The translations under genes and the position numbers were made by a program. The notes under the pieces were generated by a model. It made no database searches. It saw nothing but the letters and a program-made list of their open reading frames with translations, and was not told the DNA's origin. A DNA stretch of 50,145 bases from a virus, in the IMG/VR virus record IMGVR_UViG_3300047678_000278, positions 1-50,145 of that record; one strand, 5' to 3'. Below, piece after piece: positions 43,201 through 50,145 of this stretch; the first letter of the stretch is position 1; every line of letters begins with the position of its first letter.

Positions 43201-45557
43201 CTGATCGTAATAGGGTGAGGACTGCGCTCGGACTCGATCAGATCGCTCGCCGTGAATGGTATACTCCGCCCGCCTACACGAAGAATAAGTATGTGGCGTT
43301 TACGTTCGACGCGGATAACAACCCGATTCCCGGCGGCGCTATCATCGGTGAGACACAGGCGCACTTCAATCAACTCATGTCAGAGAAAAGGGCGACGCTT
43401 CCGAAGGGCCACAAGATCTGGACTCGTGAAGAAGTCGAGTCGACTGCGGATATCTACGGAATGGCGGCGGTTGACTGGATTGATCCGGGAACCGGAGTCG
43501 CGCCTGCCCGCGCACAGACCGGCACGCTCGCGATGGATACTGTGAATCAGTATGCTGTCCAAGACACGATGGACTGGATGAAGCGGAGTGTGGAATCGAA
43601 TGCCAACGGCGCCGTCAGAGTGCTGTATGACGCGCAGTTGGGGATCGCACGCGCTCGCGGTGCGGCTGAACGAATGGGCGGGGCAGGAAAGAAAGCGAAG
43701 GAGAGCGTTCGCAGTATCTGGGATGAATATGAAGCAACGATTCTCGGCCGAAAGCTCGGAGATACTGGGAGGTCGATCACCGGGAATGTGATGAAGCCGA
43801 TTGAATCATTCCTTGATCGCGGTCTGGAGGAAGTGTGGCCGGCAATGAGTGCAGTCGGGCCGACTCAGTGGGCTCGGTGGTATTCGAATGTGCTGGAGAG
43901 AGTCGGCGCCCCAACGCACAAGGCCCGGACGTTCTCACAGTTGGCACAGAATCTCGGTCCCTACACGCCGTATAAGGATGCGGTGGATTACGCGGAACAG
44001 ACTCTGAAGATTCAGCGCCCGGCTGAAGTCAAGAAAATTTCGGAGAAGCTGAACTGGCTGGCTGCTTCGACTCTTCTCCGCTACATGGAAATCCCACACG
44101 CGGCGATGAATCTTATCGGCATCATGACCACTATGCCGTCGATCGCGCAGTCTGGGAGAGCACCGATCACTGGCTTCATGCAGGCTGGCAAGCAACGGTT
44201 CGGCGTGGTGGACACGTATAAGATACTCGGTGAGAGTGTGAAGGACATGACTCGTATGTCCCGCCACCCTGACTGGAAGCATATGGTAGATATGGGGTAT
44301 ACGGAACAGCAAGTCGCGGAATACAATTTGACTATGAGTGCAATTAAGGATCGGGGCAGCTTCAACCGTGTGTTCTTCGGTGATCCGAATCGAACCGGCA
44401 ACACCCTCGGAGATAAAGTGGCGCAGAAAGGAATCGATGGCGTCATCTCGCTGTTGACGGATACAACCGAGTCGTGGTCGAGGACTTACTCCCACTTCGT
44501 CGGTCTTCGGCTCGCGGATGCGCATGGGATCACTGGACTTGCTCAACGGCATGAGTTCGCGCATGAGGTAGCGAATGCTGCGATCGCGAATTACAACCCG
44601 CTCAATCGCCCTGAACTCTATAACTCCGCAATGGGTTCGATGTTTGGGTTGTTCATGAGTTGGACGCAGAATTACAATCAGCGACTCTTCCGCTGGCTGG
44701 AGCAAGGGGATTATCAGAGCGTCGGTCGACAGCTGGGAGTGCAGTCGGCTCTGTTCGGTGTCGCGTCGATGCCGGGGTATAACCATCTCGAATCGTTGCT
44801 CATGTCCACCGGGAATCTCGAAACGGAAGACGGCAATGATGCAACGATGATGGATATGATCTATGCGAAGTTCGGTCCGCAGATCGGATCGATGATTGCA
44901 CACGGTGGAATCAATCAGTTCAACACCGTGCTCTACACTCGCGGTGATATGAACTACCGGAATGCAAGCCTCGACCCGACTCAGCTCATGGCTGGCGTAT
45001 CGGTGATTGGGAGCGGAGTCAAAGCTGCGTGGGAGGCTGGGCAGGCGATGACTTCCACTTATGGGTTGGAAGATGCGAATCGACTCGGTGAGATCTTCGC
45101 CCGGAACATGCCGAACCGTATGTTGAAGGGAACGATGGAGGCGATACTGAATGGTGGGCAGTCCATCGATGCGAATGGGAGGATCATTTCCGAGAACCGC
45201 ACCGCTTTCGAGTCCAGCCTGAGGATTCTCGGTCTTCGATCCTCACGCCAGCAAGCGGAGATTGAAGCGTTCTATGCGGACAAGCAGCAACAGGCGAGGG
45301 AGGCAGCGCGTTCCGAGTCACTGCGAGAGGACACACGGAATCTGATGCGCAAGGGTCCGGGCTGGGAGAAGTCGCTGCCGGAGATTTTTGAGAAGTATAT
45401 GAAGCTGGGATTCAGGCCCGAACACTTCAGGACTTGGGTGCAGAACCAGTTGCGAGATTCGACGGATACGCGCGGAATAAGGGATTTGCAGAGGGCGATG
45501 CAGAATCCCCAGATGCAGCAGTCGGTGTGGAGGTATAATGCGTACGGGGCGCTTTAA
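40269..45557 (+). CDS. Giant virion protein (1762 aa), function unknown
   Basis: Track ORF and the last gene of the rightward arm. I recognised no catalytic motif. Confidence 0.6.
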   Translation: MPSFSSYSTQPDYLSKKLGGGQSQLALSAAQQMGLTRQLFNSQVQDREQQNMGWTPWILRTGAAATLDFVDVLNSSSPWGIASRGIESAIGINIPLNARGDMWDLTEEYGMEAGRDLAQFYRANSTMVEAVGGIGGAIATAGIASSLVLPKITNALASSSMISGSKLWQAGARVNASVRSRLATAQAEAAQNGQAFKYLSGPGLQYIGLRATQGVGVAAFEEAAIIAAMNQNSLIVGDDMANNLFWASIGITAGGALGGVASRFEMRRMLNDQNIVAQRAVAMDPQNVLRMWEENPSSFNTGQKAGSGGKESAVYTALRVASRQETPTSASPELGGRLDAFRNQNLAESQMVLQKLTTRGIEGNKNTGFSVNITDKKYNYGQHLMEASQENPTLLLGADSIGTFNRVDLNDIKPDVILPADTGNVLLDAARATFKQSGQPNAQAISVQKFKASHTPQEVRTYRKELLRLQKQSGEWAKRMTAAKDSGSPLRVTMEARKIHIESLYAAGDPALAKRARELEIQQPLMLVNKGWLPADTADAFEFAQYKRGSVKVSQPTTGVHDYALGLTSGSKRRVNESLDAGKIHNLSTSTWLETVEGMGEVMKKMMRAKQALVVPKTASWSQLDAFREYEKRGGVVDWKTQAGMQGAEDAELASIQAKAKIVGTLGNTGAGGYWNRLKLNLPLPSSLERIYDPAGDTMRAVLEAATKGATLAELKQLRVNMMNQHGFRLKESVPNLDGDMFNFNLSEQTKEWMDTPVAFFDTAPTNPVFHQGVIAEQIAELKAHRFIALTENALPGQMLPTFTKQIVSSPNFVESSNIRGLADDQVTGLGNWGTQLAGELLTREHRYRDSKVMLSALKIAEEKTRGTDAYLQTLVKNEMADVIPRLNAAPAAGSKVLLNQFLSNTSGWDLRASPVMTGGGKWAFELAETLANETRLGRKVVPGEILKNPRTGNEIVLDDLGLEFMTRFNSASEYIRADRNRVRTALGLDQIARREWYTPPAYTKNKYVAFTFDADNNPIPGGAIIGETQAHFNQLMSEKRATLPKGHKIWTREEVESTADIYGMAAVDWIDPGTGVAPARAQTGTLAMDTVNQYAVQDTMDWMKRSVESNANGAVRVLYDAQLGIARARGAAERMGGAGKKAKESVRSIWDEYEATILGRKLGDTGRSITGNVMKPIESFLDRGLEEVWPAMSAVGPTQWARWYSNVLERVGAPTHKARTFSQLAQNLGPYTPYKDAVDYAEQTLKIQRPAEVKKISEKLNWLAASTLLRYMEIPHAAMNLIGIMTTMPSIAQSGRAPITGFMQAGKQRFGVVDTYKILGESVKDMTRMSRHPDWKHMVDMGYTEQQVAEYNLTMSAIKDRGSFNRVFFGDPNRTGNTLGDKVAQKGIDGVISLLTDTTESWSRTYSHFVGLRLADAHGITGLAQRHEFAHEVANAAIANYNPLNRPELYNSAMGSMFGLFMSWTQNYNQRLFRWLEQGDYQSVGRQLGVQSALFGVASMPGYNHLESLLMSTGNLETEDGNDATMMDMIYAKFGPQIGSMIAHGGINQFNTVLYTRGDMNYRNASLDPTQLMAGVSVIGSGVKAAWEAGQAMTSTYGLEDANRLGEIFARNMPNRMLKGTMEAILNGGQSIDANGRIISENRTAFESSLRILGLRSSRQQAEIEAFYADKQQQAREAARSESLREDTRNLMRKGPGWEKSLPEIFEKYMKLGFRPEHFRTWVQNQLRDSTDTRGIRDLQRAMQNPQMQQSVWRYNAYGAL

Positions 45558-45712
45558 TCGGAGTGCCATTCGTGTAGTAGAGTCCGCTGAGCGAATCGTA
45601 TTTATCACCTAGCGGAGAACTACTCCATCGGACTAGCTGATCCGGGCAGCGGACAGCCCCGTATTCCCACGCGATTTCCATCTGTCTCTTGAGAGATCTG
45701 AATACAGTCATT

Positions 45713-47110
45713 TCACCCTCCCTGACGAATCTTGATAAGCCGGTCGATATACTGACCGGCTTTTTCTACGCCCATTGACTCGGCAATCTTGAGTCGTCCG
45801 CCTTCTCCGCGGATTTTATTCATGCGAGTGAGGACATCGAATATGTGGATGACTTCCTGCTCGGTCCATCCGGCTTTCATCAGGTGAGAAGTCATCCGCA
45901 GATGATCGCCTTCTTCGGGGCCGAGGGATTCTAGAATCTCTCGCATCAACACATACGCGCGAGCTTCGATGGTTTTATTCATCCCCATGTATGCGGCGTC
46001 CATGTCGATCTCAGTGAGGATGAGAATCACATGTGCCAGCCCAAGGTCTTCACGGGAGACTTGGTATGGGGATTCACCGCGGAGCAGACAGATGATTGCA
46101 GCAACGCGGACTAGATGGATTGCTCGGCGACCGGCGTAGGCATTGAGTCGGAACTCTCCGGTAATCACGCTATAGTTGTAGAGGTGAGTGTATTCTTTCG
46201 CGGCTTCGGGAGTGAATGTGATCTCTCCCTCTGCCTCAATCACTGCCTGCTCTAATCTCTCACTAAGAATTGCCTCGACTTCGATCTCTTGTTCAGTTCT
46301 TGAAGGAGGTAGTGGCACAGACCGCTCATTCTTTGCTCCGTAGACGAAGATGAGTCGCGAAAGGAACCCATGATCATGAGCGTCTCGAGGAAGTATGTTG
46401 CTGAGTGAGCCTGGCGTGGTCGCACCCAGCAAGTTAATGAGCGGAGCTGAGAGTCGAACGTTGCCATTCTTGGTCTGGTAGAATATAGCTTCACCGTCAA
46501 GTCCATCAGCAAAGAAGTCAAGAAGTTCACGAGTCGGCGAGGTGAGGAGCCTTCCCAGCTCCTTGCTCGCAAAGTAGATAGAAGAAGGGCGCGTTCGGTT
46601 TCGTCGCACTCGAGCAACAGTGGATGTGAATTCCGATAGTGCAAAATCTCGTAGATTGAGAGGCTGTTTGGTTTGGCCTGGGGAGTCATCTTTAATATCC
46701 TCTTGTAAACGGTTTTGCATTGCGTGCATGATTCCATGCCGCGCTCCACCTGTATCGGTGGGTCCGTAATTCAAGCTGAGATTGGAAGCGAATCGTTGTG
46801 AGAACGAGATCGCGGAGGATTTACGGAGGGCCGGCCGACCAATCAGCACCACCCCGAGATTGAGCTTGATTCGCCCAGCCACACCATGGTTGAACCATAC
46901 GGTGTTTGACGTTAGGGCAGAAGTCAGTGACAGCAGCGACCATAAGTGGTACTGCCGCGGATTCTCGGTGTTCCTCGAAAGGAAGAGGTACTTGCGGATG
47001 GAGTCGAAGCTCTGCCCGAAAGCTAAGTCGACGTCATTGCCATGCCATAAGTCCTGCCAGCCGAAGCTGGTGCCAGATCGATCCTTCGGGGGGATTGTTG
47101 AGTCGTTCAT
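45713..47110 (-). CDS. DUF3987-like P-loop ATPase (putative replicative helicase or primase-associated protein)
   Basis: Track ORF 45713..47113 (GTG then ATG). YHLWSLLSLTSALTS...LNLGVVLIGRPALRKSSAI resembles the DUF3987 pattern with a Walker-A-like G.P...KS. Confidence 0.45.
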   Translation of the reverse strand: MNDSTIPPKDRSGTSFGWQDLWHGNDVDLAFGQSFDSIRKYLFLSRNTENPRQYHLWSLLSLTSALTSNTVWFNHGVAGRIKLNLGVVLIGRPALRKSSAISFSQRFASNLSLNYGPTDTGGARHGIMHAMQNRLQEDIKDDSPGQTKQPLNLRDFALSEFTSTVARVRRNRTRPSSIYFASKELGRLLTSPTRELLDFFADGLDGEAIFYQTKNGNVRLSAPLINLLGATTPGSLSNILPRDAHDHGFLSRLIFVYGAKNERSVPLPPSRTEQEIEVEAILSERLEQAVIEAEGEITFTPEAAKEYTHLYNYSVITGEFRLNAYAGRRAIHLVRVAAIICLLRGESPYQVSREDLGLAHVILILTEIDMDAAYMGMNKTIEARAYVLMREILESLGPEEGDHLRMTSHLMKAGWTEQEVIHIFDVLTRMNKIRGEGGRLKIAESMGVEKAGQYIDRLIKIRQGG

Positions 47111-47612
47111 CACACATTGCCAATGCAGTCAAGGAGTCTGGAGCGGAGAAGCCGTTCATCGGAAACACACGCCGACGGTAGTTGTCAGCATAGAGTCCGT
47201 AAAGCGGAATCGCATCCGGAGCCACGACGATGGTGATGATTTGGTGGAATACGGGGGCGGCAGAATAAAGATAGAGTTGTTCGATGGGATCCGCGATAGA
47301 ATCGTTGAGCACCAGTTGCACATTGGATGGAATGGTGCGAGCCATTCGTTTGATCCAGTAGCCAGGATCGACTCGCTGGCGCATCTCTGCCCATTCGATC
47401 AGCTTGGCTCGGCCGGTCTGGCCATCGAGGAAACGCTTCTCGCGGAAGGATTCATAGTCATCCACCCACCCATACTCGCGCTTCACTTCCGTCCAGATTT
47501 CATCACGAGCCGATCGAATGATCGTGAGTTCTGGCTTGAATACATCTTTTAATCGGCGAGCGAGCCATGTCTTGCCGGCTCTAACTTCGCCGTTAATGGC
47601 GATCATAAACAT
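47034..47612 (-). CDS. dNMP-kinase-like P-loop protein
   Basis: Track ORF with GGAGGG SD. IAINGEVRAGKTWLARRL and RAKLIEWAEMRQRVDPGYWIKRM resemble phage deoxynucleotide monophosphate kinases. Confidence 0.45.
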   Translation of the reverse strand: MFMIAINGEVRAGKTWLARRLKDVFKPELTIIRSARDEIWTEVKREYGWVDDYESFREKRFLDGQTGRAKLIEWAEMRQRVDPGYWIKRMARTIPSNVQLVLNDSIADPIEQLYLYSAAPVFHQIITIVVAPDAIPLYGLYADNYRRRVFPMNGFSAPDSLTALAMCDERLNNPPEGSIWHQLRLAGLMAWQ

Positions 47613-47626
47613 TGATTCCCTCCAGA

Positions 47627-47663
47627 GACAAATGAAACGCGGCCGAGTTGATCCCGGCCGCGT
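47627..47663 (-). terminator. Rho-independent terminator (minus strand)
   Basis: acgcggccg (47637-47645) pairs with cggccgcgt (47655-47663), with a 9-nt loop. The minus strand continues TTTCATTTGT. Confidence 0.65.
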
Positions 47664-47681
47664 AGTCCAGTGGTGGATTCT

Positions 47682-48359
47682 TTACGGAATCACGGGAGCG
47701 GGGACAACACCACTGACGTTGAAGAGAACGCCGGCAGCTGGAGTCGTCGTCGCGATGAAGCCGAAGTAGGTGGTGGTCGCCGTCGCCACGAAGCGGAGCT
47801 TGACGGAATCATACAAACCGTTCGACGTGGGACCGCTGACTTCGTCGACAGCCTGACTCGCGAGAGGCGCCGTAAGAGCAGCCGAGTTAGAGACCGCGAG
47901 CAGGAGTGCGTCGTTGATCTCGAAGGTGCGGAAATCGATCTCGTATTCGATGCCGATGACGGTCGTCATGGAGGCGGAGACATAGAGTGCGCCGCCACCG
48001 CCGGCAGTGAGAGTCGAGATCAGCTTTCCACCGGCTGCCGAGAGGGCATTGGTCGCGGCTTCTGCACCGCCATCCGCCCAGCCCGTGGTTGCGACAAAGG
48101 GATTCCCGCCGTTCGCGAAGTAGACGGTTTGGACGACAGAATCCCGGAGATCGAGCAGTGCTTTGTAGAGGAAATCTCGGCAGGCCGGAGCCATCTGATC
48201 GAGGAAGAATCGTTTGGCGTATTCGGGCGACGCTTCCTCGATCGTGATCATGTTGATGAGTTGCTGGACCTTGCCCTGATTGCCGTATGCGTTGACGTAG
48301 GCGATCGGGGATTTCAGTCCGATGACCGCCGAGGCCATGTGAGAGTTTCGGGACGTCAT
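47682..48359 (-). CDS. Hypothetical Ala/Gly/Thr-rich protein (225 aa); its N-terminal domain is paralogous to the upstream gene
   Basis: Track ORF with AGAAGGAA SD. KVQQLINMITIEEASPEYAKRFFLDQMAPACRD aligns with the 48393..48635 product. Confidence 0.6.
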   Translation of the reverse strand: MTSRNSHMASAVIGLKSPIAYVNAYGNQGKVQQLINMITIEEASPEYAKRFFLDQMAPACRDFLYKALLDLRDSVVQTVYFANGGNPFVATTGWADGGAEAATNALSAAGGKLISTLTAGGGGALYVSASMTTVIGIEYEIDFRTFEINDALLLAVSNSAALTAPLASQAVDEVSGPTSNGLYDSVKLRFVATATTTYFGFIATTTPAAGVLFNVSGVVPAPVIP

Positions 48360-48392
48360 TGATTCGGTTCCTTCTTGGAGATCGCGACGCGG

Positions 48393-48635
48393 TTAAGCGT
48401 TGACGATCGCCGTCTTGAGTGCGATGAGGGTGGCGATCATGGAGTCGCGGCAAGCCGGCGACATTTCGTCGAGATAGCCGCGCGGCACGTTGGGATCGGT
48501 GCCTTCGCGGGAGATCAAATCGATCAGCTGCTGAACTGCACCTTTGTTGTCGTCGCCAGCAGTGCCGGAGTCGAAGGTGACCGGAGACTGAATGCCCTTG
48601 ATGGCATTCGTGATATACGGGTTGGTGTCGGACAC
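48393..48635 (-). CDS. Hypothetical protein (80 aa), paralogue of the N-terminus of 47682..48359
   Basis: Track ORF 48393..48710 overlaps the polymerase stop by 11 nt. An in-frame GTG at 48635 follows AAGGGGAACCAA. The product contains AVQQLIDLISREGTDPNVPRGYLDEMSPACRD. Confidence 0.5.
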   Translation of the reverse strand: MSDTNPYITNAIKGIQSPVTFDSGTAGDDNKGAVQQLIDLISREGTDPNVPRGYLDEMSPACRDSMIATLIALKTAIVNA

Positions 48636-48699
48636 TTGGTTCCCCTTTCGTGGGTAGTGAGTGTGTGCATCAGTAGAGTAGCATTGTGAAAAAATTTCT

Positions 48700-50145
48700 T
48701 CAAGCCACAACGGTCTGCTTATTTGATGGGTAGCGAGGAGTTTCAGCCAGCCATTGCTCGACTCCTTCTAGCCCTCCAATCGTTCTACCCTCTTTCCCAG
48801 CCCACTTGTAGCTGACTTCCGCCTCAATGCCGACCACAAATGTTTGGTCTCGGCATACGACGGGCCGACTCATCACATGAAAGATATCCTTGATGCCATC
48901 TTTCCACCGAGGGTGAGTGTAGCGAATATTAAAAGTGAGAGAATCATGAGTCTGAAGACGTAGGCTGGCCCCGTGAGTTTGAGGGCTGATTCTCCGTGGA
49001 GGGTCAGCAGCATCAGGAGCAGGACCATCCCGAAAAGAGCAAGTTCGGATACCAAGGATCAGTTCCTCCATTACGGTGTTGATTCGTCCGGCTGTATTCG
49101 CCTGCCCCATAGTGGCTGCACCAGCGCGTAGTACTTCATCGTCAAGCGGATCACCAATGAACCGTTGGAAATAATTGAAGATAGTTCGTAGTCCACCTGT
49201 AGCGACAAGCTCTTTCCGAATGTCGGTATACCAGGAATCAGCACCTGTTCGTTTAAGCCGAACATAGTGGGCTCGGAATTTATGTTCGAGTTCGGCGCAG
49301 AATTTAACGAGCCTTTCCTGCTGCCAGAGTCCAGCGTCCTTATTCCCCAACTCCTGTGCGGCAGCAACGATTGCTTCTCGACCGGCGGTCATGAGTAGAG
49401 TCAAACCCGCCATCAAATAGTTATTCCCGTGGACTAGCTTCTTAGTGATTTGACGAATGCCAGTAATCGGATGAACGATCTTCGGATCGTGAGTTTTTTT
49501 GCCGGCGACGATTCTCTCATAGGTCCAGTTTGTGAAGAAGATGAGGGCATTGGAGGCATGAATGTCACGACCTGAACGGATGAGATCAATCTTTCTTGGA
49601 TCGCCTGACTCAAAGGACACGAACACTTCGTCGGCTCCAGAGAAGTCAATGTCCAGCAGGAAGGAATCTGAGTCAGCCTCAAGGAATACTCGGTATTCTT
49701 TTCGGATATTCTGAGCGTTACCCCCGTGTCCGAACGCAGAGCCCCGTGATGAAAGCCGAGTCGTCGTTGTGCCAACACCGTCATATGCCGTAAGGAATCG
49801 GAACTCACCTGGACGGTGACGGATCGGGAACTGTGGCATGCCCACGACATTGGACAGCTGCTTGGCGGGCTCGATTGCTTCGAGGATTCCATTGCTAACT
49901 CTCCTGAAAACTGGGTGTTCGTCCCGCATTGCGCGCAGAACCATTGCGCCAGTAGAGGCTTCCTCGGTTTTCTTAACGAATCGGCCACGTGCATTTCTCG
50001 GGCGAGCGCCGAGGATGGAGTAGAGGAGTTCGTGTTTTTGTTTGGGGGAGTTGGGGTTGAACTCCGGGTCAGCAATGAGATAGCGGAGTCGTTCAATTTT
50101 CTCATCCGCGAGTTTGGTGAGATCGATCTCGAATTTCTTCATGGT
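48700..50145 (-). CDS. DNA polymerase family A, C-terminal polymerase domain (joined length 2112 nt, 703 aa)
   Basis: Track ORF 48700..50142. Motif A-like DIDFSGADEV, motif B-like RQITKKLVHGNNYLMAG and motif C-like LQTHDSL are present. The 5' end continues through the 127-nt overlap into 1..793. Confidence 0.9.
   Translation of the reverse strand, partial: TMKKFEIDLTKLADEKIERLRYLIADPEFNPNSPKQKHELLYSILGARPRNARGRFVKKTEEASTGAMVLRAMRDEHPVFRRVSNGILEAIEPAKQLSNVVGMPQFPIRHRPGEFRFLTAYDGVGTTTTRLSSRGSAFGHGGNAQNIRKEYRVFLEADSDSFLLDIDFSGADEVFVSFESGDPRKIDLIRSGRDIHASNALIFFTNWTYERIVAGKKTHDPKIVHPITGIRQITKKLVHGNNYLMAGLTLLMTAGREAIVAAAQELGNKDAGLWQQERLVKFCAELEHKFRAHYVRLKRTGADSWYTDIRKELVATGGLRTIFNYFQRFIGDPLDDEVLRAGAATMGQANTAGRINTVMEELILGIRTCSFRDGPAPDAADPPRRISPQTHGASLRLQTHDSLTFNIRYTHPRWKDGIKDIFHVMSRPVVCRDQTFVVGIEAEVSYKWAGKEGRTIGGLEGVEQWLAETPRYPSNKQTVVA
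50019..50145. repeat. Terminal overlap, copy 2 (identical to 1..127)
   Basis: Same 127-nt string as 1..127. The unique genome length is therefore 50018 bp. Confidence 0.95.

Noticed and set aside
45427-45711. Minus-strand ORF of 94 aa starting 2 nt after the DUF3987-like gene stop.
   Set aside because: It would run 130 nt into the 3' end of the convergent 1762-aa gene, has no SD, and gives a low-complexity C-terminal half. The gap more likely holds an imperfect bidirectional hairpin (about 45578-45630), which itself is too weak to call.

Overview
The window is a complete tailed-phage genome of about 50.0 kb, assembled as a circle. Bases 1-127 are identical to 50019-50145, and this overlap lies inside a family-A DNA polymerase gene that is therefore split across the window ends. 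Gene order and sizes suggest a podovirus. Two divergent transcription arms leave a 1.66-kb gene-free control region (15394-17053) and converge at about 45.6 kb. The leftward arm (15357 down to 1, continuing from 50018 down to 45713, minus strand) starts with three large ORFans. It then carries a replication and recombination module: an SF1 RecD/Dda-like helicase, an XRE-like HTH protein, a Cas4/RecB-like PD-(D/E)XK nuclease, an AAA_24/Sak4-like ATPase, a DUF669-like putative SSB, DNA polymerase A, a dNMP-kinase-like P-loop protein and a DUF3987-like ATPase. The rightward arm (17054-45557, plus strand) starts with a two-gene operon that has its own promoter and terminator. It continues with putative small terminase, TerL, portal, scaffold and major capsid genes, an embedded lysis cluster, several fibre or receptor-binding proteins, and three terminal proteins of 232, 835 and 1762 aa. 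I recognised no integrase, RNA polymerase, primase, tRNA or CRISPR array. The most unusual signals are at the DNA level. (i) The control region is a mosaic of at least ten unrelated microsatellite arrays, punctuated by a recurring GTAAGGG-plus-mini-hairpin motif, with an 18-bp iteron-like array and an AT-rich block. (ii) The pentamer GANTC appears about 3-5 fold over-represented across the genome in my manual counts. In non-coding DNA it extends to the palindromic heptamer TGAnTCA, found 12 times. (iii) C-GAA-G triloop mini-hairpins, including exact GCGAAGC, cluster in both large non-coding regions. All domain calls come from motif recognition by eye; no searches were run.
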